A DNA stretch of 64,000 bases, from assembly GCA_040218735.1 (NCBI GenBank), contig JAVJQW010000008.1, positions 224,001 to 288,000 of the forward strand, written 5' to 3'. Position numbers and translations under genes: made by a program. Below the pieces are notes generated by a model. It ran no database searches. It was not told where the DNA came from and saw only the letters and a list, made by a program, of their open reading frames with translations. Positions 1 through 10,660 of this stretch are shown here, piece by piece. The stretch's first letter is position 1, and each line of letters begins with the position of its first letter. This stretch comes from Deltaproteobacteria bacterium (lineage in GTDB: Bacteria > Myxococcota > Kuafuiibacteriia > Kuafuiibacteriales > Kuafuiibacteriaceae).

Positions 1-16
1 CGCCCACACGGGCGCG

Positions 17-631
17 ATGAGTCCGCTGACGGACTACGAGGAGCGGCTCGTCGTGCTCTTCACGGGCATCGTGCTCGGCCGCTGGGAGGACGTCCGCGCC
101 GTGCGCAAAGAAGCGCCCGCCGGCGAACCGGACCGCGGCTGGCGCGAGGCCGTGCTGCAGGCCCACCTGTTCGCCGGCTTTCCGCGCGTCGTGGAGGCGT
201 TCGAAGTCCTCGACCGCGTCGGTGGCTTGGGCACGCCGGATCCGTCGGAGCTCGACCTCGCGGTGGACAACGCCGCCGGTGAAAAGCTCTTCAGTCGCAT
301 CTACGAAGACCACGCCGACGCCGTCCGGGATCGACTCGCCGAGCACCACGCCGACTTCGGCCGCTGGATCCACGAACACGCCTACGCACGCGTGCTCAGC
401 CGCCCCGGCCTCGACCCGCACACCCGCGAGCTCCTCGCCGTCGCCGCCCTCACCGCGACCGCGCAGACCCGCCAGCTCGCGAGCCACACCAAAGGCGCCC
501 TACGGTGCGGCGCGACCCCCGCGCAAATCCACGCGGTGCTCGACGCGATCGAGACGCGCATCAGCTACGACGCGCTGCGAGCGGCGCGCCAGGTGATACT
601 GAAGTACGCGCCGCTGGATGAAGAGTCCTAA
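17..631 (+). CDS. Carboxymuconolactone decarboxylase (CMD/AhpD-like) family protein
   Basis: Two CMD-like halves; motifs 'EAVLQAHLFAGFPR' and 'YARVLSRPGLDPHTRELLAVAALTA...QLASHTKGALRCGAT'. Confidence 0.8.
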   Translation: MSPLTDYEERLVVLFTGIVLGRWEDVRAVRKEAPAGEPDRGWREAVLQAHLFAGFPRVVEAFEVLDRVGGLGTPDPSELDLAVDNAAGEKLFSRIYEDHADAVRDRLAEHHADFGRWIHEHAYARVLSRPGLDPHTRELLAVAALTATAQTRQLASHTKGALRCGATPAQIHAVLDAIETRISYDALRAARQVILKYAPLDEES

Positions 632-632
632 C

Positions 633-655
633 CCCAACGCCATTCACTCGTTGGG
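633..655 (+). terminator. Possible terminator hairpin after the CMD gene
   Basis: CCCAACG-N9-CGTTGGG inverted repeat immediately after the stop codon; weak U-tract. Confidence 0.3.
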
Positions 656-873
656 TTGGGCCCAGCGAGCACTTCATCAGGCGCGTCCGGCTCCCGCACG
701 GCCGGAGGAGCGCCGTCGTCGCGGAGCAGCGCCTCGACGTAGGGCAGCGCACCGCCGCCGCGGAGCGACTCGTCCCCTCGTCCGCCGTTGCGCCGGGCTG
801 GTGAACCAGGGGGGCCGTGGACCGCAGTGCTCCGAAGGAGGGCCGCGCTCTCGAACACCGGCTGGTATCGCTC

Positions 874-1834
874 TCACGAGCTGCCCTCCGCGCGTGCCGG
901 TGGCGTCGGATGCGGTTCACGCCACGGGAGCTCGGGACACGCACCTTGCCTGGGCTGGGTAGAGCGGCGCTCGTGAATCTTTCGAGCGATGAAGGCGCGA
1001 CCCAACACTTCGTTCGCCGCGTGAAGGTTGTGTGCGCGACACAGTAATCGCAGCTCGCCGACCACGCTCTTGGCCCCCAGCGCACGGCCGCCCACGTGAC
1101 CGAATTCGAGGTTCGACCGTTCGCTGCACCGCCGTCCGTCCGGGCTCACGTACGTGCACTGCGCGCCGTCGCGCTCGACCACCGCGCGCCGCGTTGCCGC
1201 CGGGACGTACGCTCCGCCCGCCGGCGCATCCTCGGCGGGTTTCGATCGCGGACGACTCGTCTTTCCGTTCTTCCGCTTCGCGAGCCTCTCGACGTACAGC
1301 GCGAGCGCCGCTTCGAAGATCTCCCCGATGTCGGTCCCGGGCGGGGTGAGCTGCTTGGCTCGATCCAAGAGCGCCTTGGCTTCGGCGCTCCCGTCGAAGT
1401 GAAAAGCGAACGTCTCGGCGGTCGCCGCCTCGACGCGATCGTCACTGCTCTTCGCGCCTGGGAACTCGGTGGCGATGAGCATTTCGACCTCGGCCTTGGA
1501 CTTGTTCCGCGCCTGCTCGATCAGGCCGTGGGCGTTGTCGTCGTTCATGAACTTCGAGAGCTTCGCGACGCCGGTCATGTGCAGCTCACCGGTTGCGATC
1601 ATCTGGAAGACCTCGGGCACCCGCCGCGCCGCGCGCACCACCGCGACGCGCCGGCACGCCTGGTCCTCGGTCAGCCCGAGCCTCGACGCAGAACCGAAAC
1701 AGCGAGCTGAAGCCACGCTCGACGTAGAGCTTGCGCCGCTCGATCTCTGCCATGAACCGGAGCGCCTGCACACCGCCATTCAGCTCCGCTCGAAGCGCTT
1801 CGCGAAGTCCGCTCAGGAGATCGTTCTGGGTCAT
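874..1834 (-). pseudogene. Frameshifted HNH endonuclease with DUF222-like N-terminus (multicopy myxobacterial type)
   Basis: N-terminus 'MTQNDLLSGLREALRAELNGGVQALRFMAEIERRKLYVERGFSSLFRFCVE' (ORF 1586..1864) continues in another frame as 'LGLTEDQACRRVAVVRAARRVP...GELHMTG' (ORF 874..1779), with the shift at about 1681. C-terminus 'RRAVVERDGAQCTYVSPDGRRC...LEFGH...LRLLCRAHN' is an HNH Zn-finger. Confidence 0.8.
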
Positions 1835-2094
1835 GCAAGACAGGTTGCAAGCGTTCGGGCTCATGCGTCGAAGGTATCATCGAGCCCTCGAAAGACGATT
1901 CGGCGCGGCTCGAGGAGGACGGTCTGAGACGTGCGAGGACGCACGCCATGGACCGTCAGCGTCCGGCGATGAGTCCAAGATCGAAAACTTCGAAACGGAC
2001 GGCGTTCGTCGAGGAGATAGCCCGGACAGGGCCTTGGGTTCCGTCAACCCCCAAGAGTGAGAAAGAAGATCTCACGCAACTCAGCTTGCGCGAC
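954..2094 (-). mobile_element. Putative HNH-encoding element; ends defined by homology to the adjacent miniature copy
   Basis: Similarity to 2280-2496 begins sharply at 954 (GCTGGGTAGAGCGGCGCTCG) and ends sharply at 2094 (CTTGCGCGAC). Confidence 0.5.
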
Positions 2095-2279
2095 CGGCTC
2101 TGCGGAGTGCCGCCGACCATCGAGCGGAGTCTACCGCCGTCCTCCTGCCTACATGGAGCGCGGGCCGGCGGGGCACTCCCGTGTCGGGCGATGGTTCCCA
2201 AGTGCGTCGGGCGCGCCATTCCCCGCCTACGGCCTTTCCAGGCGGGCCAGCTCCGCTAAGTCAACGGCATTGGGACCAA

Positions 2280-2496
2280 GCTGGGTAGAGCGGCGCTCGC
2301 GAATCCTCCGATCGATGAACGCGCGCCGCAAGACAGGTTGCAATCATCCGACTTCATGCGTCGAAGGTATCATCGAGCCTGCCAGGCAGGATTCGGTCGA
2401 AACGCACGACGTTCGTCGACCACAGGGGCCGGACAGGGCCTCCAGATCCGTCACCCCAAGATGAGAAAACCACCTCGGCAACTCGACTTGCGCGAC
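2280..2496 (-). repeat. Internally deleted, ORF-less copy of the HNH element (MITE-like or ncRNA-like)
   Basis: 2280-2327 matches 954-1001 (42/48 by eye); 2328-2343 is identical to 1835-1850; 2354-2379 is identical to 1861-1886; 2397-2496 resembles 1990-2094; all segments are collinear. Confidence 0.85.
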
Positions 2497-2676
2497 TGAC
2501 AATCCCGCCTTACCCAGCCGGCGAATCTCATACGTTCATCGCAGCTCCCCACCGCCGTCGGCGCAATTTCCAGTCGCACTATCCACGCGCCGGAGCGTGC
2601 CCTGCGCACGACCGGCGGTGGCCGCCGTCAGCCGCGTTCCTTGTGAGCGCGAGCCGCCAACTGAACAGCGGTGGAC

Positions 2677-3329
2677 TCAGCCCTCCGCGACTTCGCGCAG
2701 GGCGCGCGTCCTCTGCTTCAACCGCGCGAGCTCGATCTTCAGGTCCTCGTCTGCGAACGGATCTTCGAGCGCCTCCGTCGCCGCGTAGTCGTCGAGGGAC
2801 GCGCCGGCCGTCATGCGCTCCACGCTCTGGCGCGCATTCTCCAGGAGCAGGGCGTCCTTCTTCGCGCGCTCCGAGAAGCGCGTGTTCGTGAGGCGCTGCT
2901 CCAGCTCCACCGTCGCGAGCATGCCGAGGTGCTCGGTGCGTTCGCGGGTGAGCTCGCGGATCTCGTTGCTGAAGTCGTCCAGCGCGCGGCGCGCGGTCTT
3001 CGCGTTGTGGCGCGCGATCTCCACGCCCGACTCGGCGCGCTCGAGGCGCTGCACGAGGCGGCGCTTCGAGGCGAGGAGCTCCAGGCACTTTTCGTCGTCG
3101 CCGCGCTTCGCGGCGGTGCGCGCTGCGTAGTCGACACGCGCGACTTCGGCGCGGCGCTCGACCAGATCGTTCTCGAGTTTGTTCTTCGTGTAGAGGAGCT
3201 GCAGCGCCGTCTTGCGGAGCCCTTCGTAGCGCTTTTCGTGGCGCTCGATGACGCGGTCGAAGGCGCGGACGGGCGAGCGCTTCGGCCCCACCACGTCGAC
3301 GATGTCCTTCAGCATGTTCAATACCGTCA

Positions 3330-3336
<7 letters not shown>
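2677..3336 (-). CDS. PspA/IM30-family coiled-coil protein
   Basis: About 220 aa, helical; 'ARTAAKRGDDEKCLELLASK', 'NEIRELTRERTEHLGMLATVE', C-terminal 'DEDLKIELARLK'. Confidence 0.7.
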
Positions 3337-4711
<1,375 letters not shown>

Positions 4712-4715
<4 letters not shown>

Positions 4716-5773
4716 GCCGTTCCTTCTTTCACCGCGGGGAAGGTGAGCTCGAACGTCGTCCCCTCACCCTCCTGCGAGTTCACTTCGATCGAACCGGCGT
4801 GGGCCTCCACCACCTTGCGCGTAATCGCGAGGCCGAGCCCGGTGCCCGAGTCCTTGGACGTGTGGAACGGGTCGAAGATGCGATCGATCCGATCCGACGG
4901 GATGCCCATGCCGTTGTCCTTCACGCGCACCCAAAGCTCGGTGCCCGCGAGGTTGTGCCCCGACGCGATCTCGACCCGCCCCGCGGGGTGCTGCTCGAGC
5001 GCGTCGATCGCATTGCCGACGAGGTTGATGATCACGCGGCGGAGCTGCTCGGCGTCGCCCTTGATCACGGTGCCCGGATCGAGCGTCTTGTCGATCTGCA
5101 CGCCGGTCCTCTCGATGCGATCGCGGAAGGTCTCCACCGCCGACTCGATCACGTCGACCATGTCGACGCGCTCGATCGAGCTGTTCTCTTCGCGCGCGTA
5201 GCGCAGCAGGTGTGAGATCGACTTTTCGACGCGGTCGAGCTCCTCGATCGCGACGCGCGCGTACTCGATGTTCTCTTCACACGTCGGGTCCTCGCCCATC
5301 TGCTGCACGAGGCTCTTCGCAGCGGTGATCGGGTTTCGGATCTCGTGCGCGATCGACGCCGAGAGCTGCTCGAGCGACTTGCTGTGTTTGCCCTGGAGCG
5401 AGCGGCGCTGCGCGGTGACCGTGTGGTCCATGTGCCAGCGGTACTCCTGCTCGGTCCAACGACGCCGCAGCTCCGGCGCGACGAGCGCGTAGTAGCCCTG
5501 CGCGGCGAGGCCGATGCCCCAGGCGCACGCGACGACCATCGCGGGGAAGAAGCCCGCGGTGATCATCAGGAAGAAGACGACCATCGCCCAGACGATGACG
5601 TGTCCGAAGAAGCGGACGCGCCGGTTCGCGAGATCCTTCGCCTCCCGGAGCGCGATCATCTCGGCGGTCGGCTCCTCTTTGGGGCGCCTCGTTCGTTGAA
5701 GTGCGCGCGGTGCTGCCATGGGGCCGACTCGGGGCATCCCGTTCGGGGACGCGAGCTTCGTGGATACAGTCAT
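4712..5773 (-). CDS. Sensor histidine kinase with a short 2-TM input domain
   Basis: H-box 'SIAHEIRNPI', N-box 'NLVGNAIDA', 'DNGMGI', 'GTGLGL'. ATG at 5773 overlaps the upstream stop (ATGA); the listed extension to 6541 is spurious. Confidence 0.93.
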
Positions 5774-6705
5774 CTTCCGACCATCGCAATCTGGCGGGGC
5801 TCGACGAGGCCGAGGCGCCGCCACAGGGGGAGAGTGGTGGGGTTCAGGATACCGACGCGCGCCGAGAGCTCGACGATCGGCGTGACGCTCCGGCGGAGGT
5901 TCGCGCGGTGCTCGGGGTTGTCGCGGTAGGCCGCGCGAACCACCGACGCGGGGACCCCGTAGGCGTCGACGACGACGGACGGCGCCTCGAGCATCTGCCG
6001 CGCCATGATCGCGAGGACGAACGGGACGCGCCCCATGAGGTGGAGGCGGTTCATCACGCCGAGCCGCGGCACGTGCTCCTCGATGTAGCGTTTTGCGAAG
6101 CAGATGTGGCGCGCCTCTTCGAGGACGTGGATGCGCATGATGCGGCGGAGCAGCGGGTGGAGGTTTCGGCGCTCGAGGGCGTCGCGCTGCGATTGGTCGA
6201 TCGGCGCCTCGCCGCCGAGGACGAAGAAGAAGAACATCTCCGGGAAGCGGCGCCCCATCAGCGGGACCTGGTTCGCGAGGACACGCTGGATCCATGGGAG
6301 CCCCGGCGCGTGCAGGCCCGTGCGGTTTACGAACTCCTGGAACATCAGCGAGTGCTGACTCTCCTCGATGACCTCGTGGTAGGCGTAGCGGAACGCGGGG
6401 TCCCCGTCGGGCCGGCGCGCGGCGAACTCGAGTAGGCCGCGCGAGAGCACGTTCTCGAAGAACACGCCGACCTTCATCTGGTGCACGGTGTTGTGCAGTC
6501 CGATCCGCGCCTGCGTGGCGGGCGGCAGCTGGCGGTACCAATCGGTGGCGCCCAGCGGGTCGCTCTCGTCCAACGCGAAGCGCGGATCCTCGGGGTGGAT
6601 CGTGTGGGCGTCCCAGTCGACGTCGGCGTAGGCGTCGAAGTGTTTCTTCACCGACTGCGCCGACAGGCGCTCGACCACCTCGGGGTAGGGGCGTGCGGCT
6701 ACCAT
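5770..6705 (-). CDS. AurF-like di-iron oxygenase (ferritin-like)
   Basis: 'FENVL', 'YHEVIEESQHSLMF', 'GGEAPID', 'IHVLEEARHICFA' di-iron ExxH motifs; start inferred at MVAARP. Confidence 0.88.
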   Translation of the reverse strand: MVAARPYPEVVERLSAQSVKKHFDAYADVDWDAHTIHPEDPRFALDESDPLGATDWYRQLPPATQARIGLHNTVHQMKVGVFFENVLSRGLLEFAARRPDGDPAFRYAYHEVIEESQHSLMFQEFVNRTGLHAPGLPWIQRVLANQVPLMGRRFPEMFFFFVLGGEAPIDQSQRDALERRNLHPLLRRIMRIHVLEEARHICFAKRYIEEHVPRLGVMNRLHLMGRVPFVLAIMARQMLEAPSVVVDAYGVPASVVRAAYRDNPEHRANLRRSVTPIVELSARVGILNPTTLPLWRRLGLVEPRQIAMVGR

Positions 6706-6890
6706 GCGCGGGCTCGCAGGCGGTTCATCTCTTCGGCCTGGACGAAGACCCAGATGCCGTGGACGAGGCCGGGCACGTAGCCGAGCAGCGTGAGCACGCA
6801 GCTGATCAGGAAGTGCATGTGGAACCCGACGCGGAGGAAGACCCCCAAGGGCGGGAAGACGACACACAGGAAGATGCGAAGTAGGTCCAT
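6699..6890 (-). CDS. YqaE/Pmp3 (UPF0057) small membrane protein
   Basis: 'MDLLRIFLCVVFPPLGVFLRVG...LLGYVPGLVHGIW' is the family signature. Confidence 0.92.
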   Translation of the reverse strand: MDLLRIFLCVVFPPLGVFLRVGFHMHFLISCVLTLLGYVPGLVHGIWVFVQAEEMNRLRARAW

Positions 6891-6903
6891 GCGCCGAAGT
6901 AAG

Positions 6904-6919
6904 TACAACTCCCGTGCCA
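6904..6919 (-). promoter_or_regulatory. Sigma-54 (-24/-12) promoter of the Pmp3-AurF-HK-RR-PspA operon
   Basis: Minus strand TGGCACG-GGAG-TTGTA versus consensus TGGCACG-N4-TTGC(A), with correct spacing, directly upstream of the first ATG. Confidence 0.7.
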
Positions 6920-7045
6920 GGCGTCCGATGATCGTGATTTCAAGGGGTTAGGCGCGAATCGGGCGCCTGGATGCAGGTCGCGCGCTTCGATCGCTGCAGT
7001 CGCCGGATTGCATCGCTGCCGCGGCGCGGCGTACGCGAGGAGGCG

Positions 7046-7939
7046 TTGTCACGGCACCTGGGCATCGTTTGGGTGACGTTCCTCGTCGCCTGCAGCGGCA
7101 GCGTGCCGTCCGGTCCGTCCAGGGACGCCGGTCCGCGGCGCGACGGCGGGTTCGCGACGTCCTCCACGAAGGCGTTCTCGCTGATGACGTGGAACCTCGA
7201 GAACTTCCCGAAGACGCCGCAGACCTCGACGGTGGTGTCGGCGCTGCTCGACGAGCTCGCGCCGGACCTCGTGGGCGTGCAGGAGATCGACGACGAGGCG
7301 ACGTTCCGCTTCTTCCTGACCCAGCACCCCGACTACGACGGGTCGTGGGTGCGCGGCGAGCAGCGCATCGCGGTCGGGTACATGTATCGGGTGGACCGGC
7401 TGCGGGTGTCGAACGTCGAGTCGTTGTTCCGCACCGACCGCTCCGCGTTCCCGCGTTCGCCGATCCAGGCGTTCGTCGAGGTGCTGGGGCCGGACGGCGA
7501 GGTGCGCTTCGACTTCAACTTCATCACGGTGCACCTGAAGGCGCAGGTCGACTTCGACAGCCAGGAGCGACGGCGCGACGCGATCGAAAAGCTCGACGAC
7601 TACCTGACGACGCAGCTCGCGACGGGCGGCGAGCAGGATTGGATCGTGGTGGGGGACTACAACGATCGCCTGACGGACTCGGGCGCGCGCAACGTCTTCA
7701 CGCGGATGCTCGACCAGCCCGACAAGTACACGTTCCTCACGCGCGGGCTCGAAGAGGGCGGCGCGTATTCGTACATCCCCATCCCCGGCTTCATCGACCA
7801 CATCCTGGTGACCAACGACGCGCTCGGTGAGTACGGCGCCGGGAAGACCGAGGTGCTGGAGCTGGAGCGGACGCAGGAGGGGTACGTCGCGCTGGTCTCC
7901 GACCACCGGCCGGTGCGGGCGATCTTCGAGTTGCCGTAG
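7046..7939 (+). CDS. Endonuclease/exonuclease/phosphatase-family lipoprotein
   Basis: GAGGAGG RBS before TTG 7046; lipobox LVAC; 'MTWNLENF', 'VQEI', 'VHLKA', 'GDYND', 'IDHIL', 'SDHRPV'. Confidence 0.9.
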   Translation: MSRHLGIVWVTFLVACSGSVPSGPSRDAGPRRDGGFATSSTKAFSLMTWNLENFPKTPQTSTVVSALLDELAPDLVGVQEIDDEATFRFFLTQHPDYDGSWVRGEQRIAVGYMYRVDRLRVSNVESLFRTDRSAFPRSPIQAFVEVLGPDGEVRFDFNFITVHLKAQVDFDSQERRRDAIEKLDDYLTTQLATGGEQDWIVVGDYNDRLTDSGARNVFTRMLDQPDKYTFLTRGLEEGGAYSYIPIPGFIDHILVTNDALGEYGAGKTEVLELERTQEGYVALVSDHRPVRAIFELP

Positions 7940-7954
7940 TCACGTGCATCCGCG

Positions 7955-9631
7955 ATGTTGGCGGGCGTGAGCTTCGAGCTGAAGAAGTCGGATCGATTTG
8001 CGCCGCGGCCGGGGCCGGTCGTGGTGGTGGTGATGGACGGTGTCGGTATCGGCCGTCGTCCGGAGGGGGATGCCGTGCAGCTTGCGCGGACGCCGACGTT
8101 GGATCGGCTGCGGCAGTCGCACCCGTCCCTTTCGCTGCGCGCGCACGGGACGGCGGTGGGGCTGCCGTCCGACGACGACATGGGCAACAGCGAGGTCGGC
8201 CACAACGCGCTGGGTGCGGGGCGGGTCTTCTCGCAGGGCGCGAAGCTGGTGAACCGCGCGATCGCTTCGGGCGCGATGTTCGAGGGGGACGCGTGGAAGC
8301 AGGCGACCGCGCGGGTGCGCGAGCGGGGCTCGGCGCTGCACTTCCTCGGGCTGCTCTCCGACGGCAACGTGCACAGCCATCAGGACCACCTGGAGGCGAT
8401 GATCCGGCAGGCGGACGCGGAGGGGGTCTCGACGGTCTACGTGCACGCGCTCCTCGACGGGCGCGACGTCCCGGAGACCTCGGCGCTCGAGTACGTGGAT
8501 CGGTTGCAGGCGTTCTTGGATGCGATCGATGGCAAGGAGGACCGTCGTTACCGCGTCGCGTCCGGCGGCGGGCGTATGAAGATCACGATGGATCGCTACG
8601 AGGCGGACTGGGACATGGTCGCGCTCGGCTGGAAGACCCACGTGTTGGGGGAGGGCGATCGGTTCGCCTCCGCGCGCGAGGCGGTGTCGGCGCTGCGCGA
8701 TCAGAATCCCGGGACGATCGACCAGGATCTGCCGCCGTTCGTGATCGCGGAGGACGGTTCACCGGTGGGGCCGGTGCGCGACGGGGATGCGGTCATCTTC
8801 TTCAACTTCCGCGGGGACCGCGCGATCGAGATCAGTCGGGCGTTCGAGGACGATGAGTTCTCGGCCTTCGATCGGGGCGAGCGGCCGGACGTCTTCTACG
8901 CGGGGATGATGGAGTACGACGGCGATTATCACATCCCGAAGAATTATCTCGTGGAGCCGCCGGCGATCGACGAGACGATGGGTGAGTACCTCGCGCGAAA
9001 TTCCGTGACGCAGTTCGCATGCTCCGAGACGCAAAAGTACGGGCACGTGACTTACTTCTGGAACGGCAACCGCAGCGGGATGTTCGACGAGAAGAACGAG
9101 CGGTACTTGGAGATCCCGTCGGACCGTGTGTCGTTCGATCAGCGGCCGTGGATGAAGGCGGCGGAGATCACCGACGCGACGATCCAGGCGATCGCGTCGG
9201 GGGAGCAGAAGTTCCTGCGCATCAACTACGCGAACGGCGACATGGTTGGGCACACCGGTTCGCTGGAGTCGACGATCACCGCGGTTCAGACCGTGGATCT
9301 GTCGCTCGCGCGCCTGCTCGCCGCGGTGAAGAAGGCCAATGGCGTCGCGCTGATCACCGCGGACCACGGCAACGCGGACGAGATGTACATGTGGGACAAG
9401 AAGTCGAAGAGCTTCAAGAAGCGCGCGGACGGCACGGGGTACGAGGCGAAGACCTCGCACACGCTGAACCCGGTGCCGCTGTACCTGTACGACGGCTCGG
9501 GCAAGACCGACCTCGGGCTCGCGAAGCCCTCCGAGGACGCGGGGATCGCGAACGTGGCGGCGACGGTGTTCGAGCTCCTGGGGTTCGTGCCGCCGGACGG
9601 GTACCGGCCGTCGCTGCTCGCGAACCGCTGA
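7955..9631 (+). CDS. gpmI: 2,3-bisphosphoglycerate-independent phosphoglycerate mutase
   Basis: 'MGNSEVGHNALGAGR', 'GLLSDGNVHSH', 'FNFRGDRA', 'NGDMVGHTG', 'TADHGNA'. Confidence 0.97.
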   Translation: MLAGVSFELKKSDRFAPRPGPVVVVVMDGVGIGRRPEGDAVQLARTPTLDRLRQSHPSLSLRAHGTAVGLPSDDDMGNSEVGHNALGAGRVFSQGAKLVNRAIASGAMFEGDAWKQATARVRERGSALHFLGLLSDGNVHSHQDHLEAMIRQADAEGVSTVYVHALLDGRDVPETSALEYVDRLQAFLDAIDGKEDRRYRVASGGGRMKITMDRYEADWDMVALGWKTHVLGEGDRFASAREAVSALRDQNPGTIDQDLPPFVIAEDGSPVGPVRDGDAVIFFNFRGDRAIEISRAFEDDEFSAFDRGERPDVFYAGMMEYDGDYHIPKNYLVEPPAIDETMGEYLARNSVTQFACSETQKYGHVTYFWNGNRSGMFDEKNERYLEIPSDRVSFDQRPWMKAAEITDATIQAIASGEQKFLRINYANGDMVGHTGSLESTITAVQTVDLSLARLLAAVKKANGVALITADHGNADEMYMWDKKSKSFKKRADGTGYEAKTSHTLNPVPLYLYDGSGKTDLGLAKPSEDAGIANVAATVFELLGFVPPDGYRPSLLANR

Positions 9632-9707
9632 ACGCGAAAAAAGCGACCTGGGCTGAATCCTTTCGGCCCTCCCGTGTCTCGGTGAGGGCAGGAAGGAATC
9701 AAAACCC

Positions 9708-9920
9708 ATGCTCGCTAAGCTCCTGCCGACCAACGAACACGTCGTCGAACGCGCCCTCCGCATCCTCGTCGGCGTCATCCTGCTCAGCCTGACGGTCGTC
9801 GGACCGAAGACCCTCTGGGGCCTCGTCGGATTCGTGCCGCTGTTGACCGGTATCGCTGGCTCCTGCCCGCTCTATACGCTGTTCGGGTGGAGCACGTGCC
9901 GGATCAAGACGAGGGGCTGA
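9708..9920 (+). CDS. DUF2892/YgaP-like small membrane protein
   Basis: 'NEHVVERALRILVG...PLLTGIAGSCPLYTLFGWSTC'; AGGA RBS. Confidence 0.88.
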   Translation: MLAKLLPTNEHVVERALRILVGVILLSLTVVGPKTLWGLVGFVPLLTGIAGSCPLYTLFGWSTCRIKTRG

Positions 9921-10160
9921 TCCGCCGCGCCCGCGAGGGTGACCGGACCGCGCTCGGCGCGCTGGTGCGGCATCACCAAGGGGCGGTGTACCGCTTCGCG
10001 CGCCCGCGTCGAAGCCCACCTGAAAGGCTGCGACTGGTGCGAACGGTTCGGCCGAGAGATGTCGGGCGTCGTCGCGGGGCTGCGAAAGCAGCTCGCGGAG
10101 GATGAGGCGGTGGACGAGGGCGTCGCCGCGAGGCTGATGGAGCGGCTGGCGCTGGAGTAA
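9887..10160 (+). pseudogene. ECF sigma factor / zf-HC2 anti-sigma remnant with a large internal deletion
   Basis: 'DEGLIRRAREGDRTALGALVRHHQGAVYRFAR' (start of sigma region 2) is joined out of frame at about 10002 to 'ARVEAHLKGCDWC' (HxxxCxxC). Confidence 0.75.
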
Positions 10161-10163
10161 CGA

Positions 10164-10637
10164 CTACCTTCGCTTGCGAACGCTCATGAACTTCCCCGTC
10201 AAGTTGCGGGCTCCGAGATAGCCGGAGAAGTCGATATGATGGGACGGCGTCTTCGTACCCTGAACGTTCAGCAGCTCGAAGCCCTCGGCGAGCAGGTGAT
10301 TGATGAGGCCGCGCTCGACGATGTCGAGTGACTTGGCCTGGTCCTGCCCCTGCTTCGCCGTGAACTCGCCGGGTATGAATACCTTCGCTCCGTTTCCTGA
10401 CTTACGAATGGCGTTCATGAGCTGGGTGCTGGTCTTGAAATGCTGTCTCGCTCGCTTAGCGATGTTCGTAGCCTTGCCCACGTAGAGCGGCGTCACTTTG
10501 TCCCCGTACATCTTGGCAAAGAGGTAGACGCCCGGGGTGTCCCACCAGTCGTCGAGGCCATCCGCGGTGTAGATGAGGTTTTGTTTGTCCCCGTCCAGCA
10601 AGGGAATGGGCTTGGCCCACTGGATGTCGAGTCTCAC
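10164..10637 (-). CDS. GIY-YIG nuclease-like protein
   Basis: 'PGVYLF...LYVGKATNIAKRARQHF', then 'VERGLI' and 'LLNVQG'. Confidence 0.7.
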   Translation of the reverse strand: MRLDIQWAKPIPLLDGDKQNLIYTADGLDDWWDTPGVYLFAKMYGDKVTPLYVGKATNIAKRARQHFKTSTQLMNAIRKSGNGAKVFIPGEFTAKQGQDQAKSLDIVERGLINHLLAEGFELLNVQGTKTPSHHIDFSGYLGARNLTGKFMSVRKRR

Positions 10638-10660
10638 GATCCGGTCTCCTTGTCCGCGGA

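Noticed and set aside
628-858. 76-aa minus-strand ORF between the CMD gene and the HNH element
   Set aside because: No RBS or motif; cannot be distinguished from a chance ORF or remnant.
1675-1690. Programmed ribosomal frameshift in the HNH gene
   Set aside because: No slippery sequence at the shift site; mutation or assembly error is more likely.
2218-2575. Possible further similarity between 2218-2241 and 2501-2573 (ATTCCCCGCCTAC vs AATCCCGCCTTAC)
   Set aside because: Too short and gapped to extend the repeat boundaries with confidence.
5770-6705. AurF-like gene as a marker of a nitro-compound biosynthetic cluster
   Set aside because: No PKS, NRPS or aminobenzoate genes nearby.
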